From Ilumatobacteraceae bacterium (GTDB lineage: Bacteria > Actinomycetota > Acidimicrobiia > Acidimicrobiales > Ilumatobacteraceae): DNA of 28,022 bases. Under the pieces are notes generated by a model that was given only the letters and a program-made list of their open reading frames with translations, made no database searches and was not told where the DNA came from. Shown here piece after piece: positions 25,201 through 28,022 of this stretch (the first letter of the stretch is position 1; every line of letters starts with the position of its first letter). A program made the position numbers and the translations under genes. Location of the stretch: positions 1-28,022 of the forward strand of contig JBIKSB010000001.1 of assembly GCA_044348855.1 (NCBI GenBank), written 5' to 3'.

Positions 25201-28022
25201 TGATTGTCAATACGCCTGCGATATATGACACTTCGTAGTTGTTGATATTGCCTACCGACAATGAAAGAGCCGATGGGGTGATCAAATAACTGCCACGGTT
25301 TACAGGGGCTGTTATTGAATCTGGATATGCCGTTGAACCAGTTCCCGAATAGGTAAAGATCACTTGATCTGTTGCATCACTACCCACTAAATCAGTGGAG
25401 GTAAACATCGGAATGAATGCATTGCCGTACACGGCTTCACGATCAGTAGCGGTGATCACGATGGCTTTTCTATCTACTCGTAGCGTCACTGTACGGGTTT
25501 CAATTGCGTAGTTAGCCGACAACGGTGTGAAGGTGACGGACAACGTGTGATTGCCCGCATTTAGGCGCGTTCCTGCCGTGGGGCTGTATGCCCACGTACC
25601 GTTCACCGAGGCAGTTGCATTGAGTTGCGTACCTCCAAGAGTGGTGCCAAAAACCACCGCTGTGGGTGTTGTCCAAGCAAGACCTGATGTTGCCTGGTTA
25701 ATTGAAGCAGTGGTTGTTGGTTGAGTCACTGTGTAGTTCGCAGCTTTCGATCCCTGTAACGCAACGGATGCAAATGTCACAAGCTTGTTGTCCTGCGCAT
25801 TAGCGTCACTAAATCTCGCTGTGAACCCAGTGAGAGCAATCGACACATCATCAGAGAAAGAAATTCCATTCAGTGAAGCGCTAGTGAGATCTCCGGCGGC
25901 GGTATCGCTACCGTCATAGAACTTGTCTGATGCACGTGCTCCTGTAATCGTCAAGTTTTTGGGAGAAATAGTAAAGGTACGGCTAAGCGCTGAACCAGAT
26001 GCTGCTGTTGCAGACAAGTAGTTGATGGTTCCTGCTTGTGATGCTGTAAGGGAGCACTGTCCTGCGTTCACGATGGTCACCGTGGCGCTAGAGACGCCGC
26101 CTGACAAAGTTGAAGCCCCCACTGAACACACACTTGAATTTGCTGAAAATGACACCGTTAAACCCGAGGTAACAGTTGCTGTCACGACAAACGATGCATC
26201 GCCATATGTCTTGGGTGTCAAGGCATCAAAGGTGATTGTTTGGGATGCCCTATTAATGGTGTAGTTGAGCTCACTAGAAACCTGCTGATTGAAGTTCACA
26301 CTTGTTGCTCTTGTGGCAGTCACCTTGCATACACCAGCAGTGAGGGCAGTAAGGGTAGATCCATTCACCGAACACACAGATGGAGTCGATGTCACTGCAT
26401 AGGTGAAAGCCCCATCGCCGTCTCCTCCATCGCCCACCAATGTGGTAGTCGCAAAGTTGGGCCCAGGTTGCCAGATAAGAGTTGAGTCAGTGGTACTCAC
26501 CGTGACTGTTGACTGTGTTGCGCGCGTAATCGAGAAGGCACCGTCAATGTAGACAAACGAATAGTTGCCTGCACTTGCACCAGTACAGGTAACCGCTGGC
26601 CTTGTTCCTGCATCTGAAGTAGACGTGTACGAAGTTGCACATGTCGGTTGCACTGTCAGAACCGATGTTGATTCACCATTTGCAAAACCTGTCACTGTTG
26701 GTCTTAATACAGGTGACTGATCTCCGTACGTGACCTCCGGTGATGGCGCCGTGACTGTCAATTGCTTCTTACCGATAGTTACCACGCCCGATGTATATGA
26801 GAAGGAGTAATTGCTGGCAACTGCACCCGAACACGAGGTCGACTCTGAACCAAATCCACTAGTAGTGAGGTACGTCGTTGAACATGTAGCCAAAGTAGAG
26901 AACACAGACGAATTCTGACCATTCATAAATCCCGAATACGAAGGGGTCACTGTCGGCACTGCATCGCCATATATCGCGGTATGCGAGGAAGCAGTTACTG
27001 TGATTAACTTCTTCGTCACGTTGACAGCACCTGCCACGTAGGTGAACGAGTAATTATCTGCTGTTGCACCAGTGCACGACGTGCCAGGCAAGGACCCCAC
27101 ATTTGATATCGCTGAATAGGCGGTTGTGCACGTAGTCCCCGACACAACTGCTGAAGTGTCTCCGTACACAAAATCGTTGGAGTATGACGGCGTCACTGTG
27201 GGGATGGGGTCCCCATATGTCACCATCGGTGAAGATGCAGTCACCACGATGCCTTTTTTAGTGATGGAAGCGGTGCCTGCGGCGTAATGGAACGAGTAAT
27301 TAGACGACGATCCCGATGAGAGCGTCACCGACGACGGTGTAATTGAGTACGACCCCACATTGACTGGCCGCAAGGTTGATGCGGCATACGAAGTCTGACC
27401 GGTCCCCTCATAGGTATAGATCACCGATAACACAGCATCACTATTTGCAAGACCATTGACTGTAACGGACTGCCCTAGTGCCACTCCGTAGACCTCGGTC
27501 TGATGATTCGCAGTAATGGTGACTTGTGCCCGTACCACACTGACTACTCCATCAAGATAAATGAAGGAATAGTTATCCGCAGAGCCACCTGCACAACGTG
27601 TATACGGCGCCGAACCCACAGCCGAAGTCACCGTGTAACTCGTAGTGCAGGTGGGAACGACACTGAGAACTGACTGCGTCTCGCTGTTGACAAATCCAGC
27701 GAATAGTGGCGCAACGGTGACCGTATTTACTGCTGCGCCATAGGGTGCTGCAGGAGATGACGCAGTCACCGTGAGACTCTTGCGATTAATCGTGATCGCA
27801 CCAGGGCTGTACGTAAACGAATAGTTCGCAGCTGTTGCACCCGAACATGACGTTGCAATACCACTGCTAGAAAACGGTGTTGTAGTTGTGTACGCCGTTG
27901 AACACGTCGGAGCAGATGTCAACACAGCTGACGTCTGACTATTCACAAAACCCACATACGACGGCGTCACCGTCGGCGTCGCATCACCATAAGTCACCGT
28001 ATGTGACGACGCAGTCACAACC
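22250..28022 (-). CDS. Giant repetitive adhesin-like surface protein (MBG, Ig-like and YDG repeats) with C-terminal OmpA-like domain; 5' end lies beyond the window
   Basis: Frame is open to the right edge (>1922 aa). Repeats TVTASS...YGD...NYSF, and 7 units of the K/RxY(D/N)G...NKxVT...NY type. C-terminus LIFARGSSTL...VTGFAQ...LAQKRAEVVAKYL...RRVAI. Confidence 0.85.
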   Translation of the reverse strand, partial: VVTASSHTVTYGDATPTVTPSYVGFVNSQTSAVLTSAPTCSTAYTTTTPFSSSGIATSCSGATAANYSFTYSPGAITINRKSLTVTASSPAAPYGAAVNTVTVAPLFAGFVNSETQSVLSVVPTCTTSYTVTSAVGSAPYTRCAGGSADNYSFIYLDGVVSVVRAQVTITANHQTEVYGVALGQSVTVNGLANSDAVLSVIYTYEGTGQTSYAASTLRPVNVGSYSITPSSVTLSSGSSSNYSFHYAAGTASITKKGIVVTASSPMVTYGDPIPTVTPSYSNDFVYGDTSAVVSGTTCTTAYSAISNVGSLPGTSCTGATADNYSFTYVAGAVNVTKKLITVTASSHTAIYGDAVPTVTPSYSGFMNGQNSSVFSTLATCSTTYLTTSGFGSESTSCSGAVASNYSFSYTSGVVTIGKKQLTVTAPSPEVTYGDQSPVLRPTVTGFANGESTSVLTVQPTCATSYTSTSDAGTRPAVTCTGASAGNYSFVYIDGAFSITRATQSTVTVSTTDSTLIWQPGPNFATTTLVGDGGDGDGAFTYAVTSTPSVCSVNGSTLTALTAGVCKVTATRATSVNFNQQVSSELNYTINRASQTITFDALTPKTYGDASFVVTATVTSGLTVSFSANSSVCSVGASTLSGGVSSATVTIVNAGQCSLTASQAGTINYLSATAASGSALSRTFTISPKNLTITGARASDKFYDGSDTAAGDLTSASLNGISFSDDVSIALTGFTARFSDANAQDNKLVTFASVALQGSKAANYTVTQPTTTASINQATSGLAWTTPTAVVFGTTLGGTQLNATASVNGTWAYSPTAGTRLNAGNHTLSVTFTPLSANYAIETRTVTLRVDRKAIVITATDREAVYGNAFIPMFTSTDLVGSDATDQVIFTYSGTGSTAYPDSITAPVNRGSYLITPSALSLSVGNINNYEVSYIAGVLTITQAQQEALAVSAATSGLIFSPAPSQATTTLSMPAGSAGSGTGAVTYAVVTGNTVCAISGTTVTALTAGECTVAVTRAADLNFVSKTSQTIKITIAKSTQQLAFASITTKTYGDDSFAVSPTATSGLAVSVSSLDTSVCDVPTPLTIRLVSVGTCTLVAEQAGNINYLSATAASGSSMVRSFTVSQKMLTLSGVTTVSREYDGSRNATSQLRFNSAQFSGVVGADSVALVWGGATGSFATKTVDVNKPVTIDGLSLSGIHAHRYTLAAPLDVVGSITKAPLEPVGVTVAPRRYNGNDIAVVETVGASFSGVVANDVVTLVATSVHGRFNDALVGNDKSVTITGITAGGADGQNYWVPDFTVRSSILVQPLTVTGIVTTNSREYNGLLYLNARSILSVAGAQLNGVVTGDGVSLLTGSFDGAFATGAAGQDKLITVTGVTIAGPKAANYALTPITTTGSITRKSLSVSGMTAQDHIYDGSIDASPVIDMTQATLVGVVSPDVVEISPNALRAEFATPVVDTNKPVTVTGLALTGIQSDNYVLQQPSMTANIVRREVSVTGFTVASREYNGTNAATALVNTAGSSLTNTVQGDDVSVVTGAVIASFANKNVGANKAVTLAGFELSGVDSSNYRLRQPTATASITPRSLTVSGITAADKIFDGTTSATISVASASINGVLNNDVVAIDTTNAVGNFIDAQVGSNKTVRITGVAVTGVDGVNYVVTQPTTTATIITAVTAWMDFRAETATSSAEQPVLRLSAPQVLPPAPARVSTQSVAGGRSTRVTAMRAVQDAAIPVTHAIITVSSNTGRVLARINVKVDPSNPTTAVTVPYARRNVRVSVQFANDIGISRGGPSGVNVTQGNTFDWAAVDGNPQIRGVEVPSSLIFARGSSTLTNSMKASLRQAARAVIRQGGLVYVTGFAQNGEIASAWRLESLAQKRAEVVAKYLTTLGVRQWVTYQGHAGVRSPWNTARERRVAISTEPFYG
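23010..28022 (-). repeat. Protein-level domain repeat array (about 80-95 aa units; boundaries approximate)
   Basis: 6 tandem MBG-like units (~28022-26513), Ig-like pair, 1 YDG, 1 WTTP-type unit, 1 MBG, Ig-like pair, 6 tandem YDG units (~24645-23010). Units are diverged at DNA level. Confidence 0.8.

Noticed and set aside
28016-28018. GTG 28018 as the start of the giant protein
   Set aside because: It lies inside an MBG repeat, the frame stays open to the edge and there is no signal peptide, so the gene is truncated by the window.
1-28022. CRISPR array, tRNA/rRNA, IS/integrase, defence genes, classical intrinsic terminators
   Set aside because: No repeat-spacer periodicity, cloverleaf-like segment, transposase or integrase motif, or GC hairpin with U-tract seen. 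Gaps at convergent ends (3581-3584, 13402-13425, 20671-20686) are too short to hold one.

Overview
Bacterial chromosomal window, most consistent with an actinobacterium. It has a ClpC1-type N-terminus, a SigH/SigR-RsrA pair and many leaderless-type starts. Moderate GC and tight gene packing suggest a streamlined Acidimicrobiia-like lineage (inference, not verified). Left to right: partial pstS (-), peptidoglycan-binding lipoprotein, APC permease, a 56-aa Cys-cluster protein missing from the ORF track, sulfatase-family hydrolase (-), MarR-sigH/sigR-rsrA, a 51-aa membrane protein missing from the track, tilS, a PTP-fold protein with a dead active-site motif, extended SDR, alpha/beta hydrolase, renalase-like flavoprotein, a 774-aa secreted OmpA-like-domain protein, polyprenyl synthase (-), clpC-lipoprotein-radA, TetR, YceI, a 505-aa secreted OmpA-like-domain protein (-) and a >1900-aa MBG/YDG-repeat adhesin ending in an OmpA-like domain (-, truncated at the right edge). 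I saw no RNA genes, CRISPR arrays or mobile elements. The main lead is a set of three surface proteins with unrelated passenger regions that all end in an atypical OmpA-like domain lacking the canonical peptidoglycan-binding Asp. Two of them share a clearly paralogous ~180-aa C-terminal cassette, a candidate sortase-independent cell-wall anchor. PstS also lacks a lipobox and carries a basic Cys-pair module instead.
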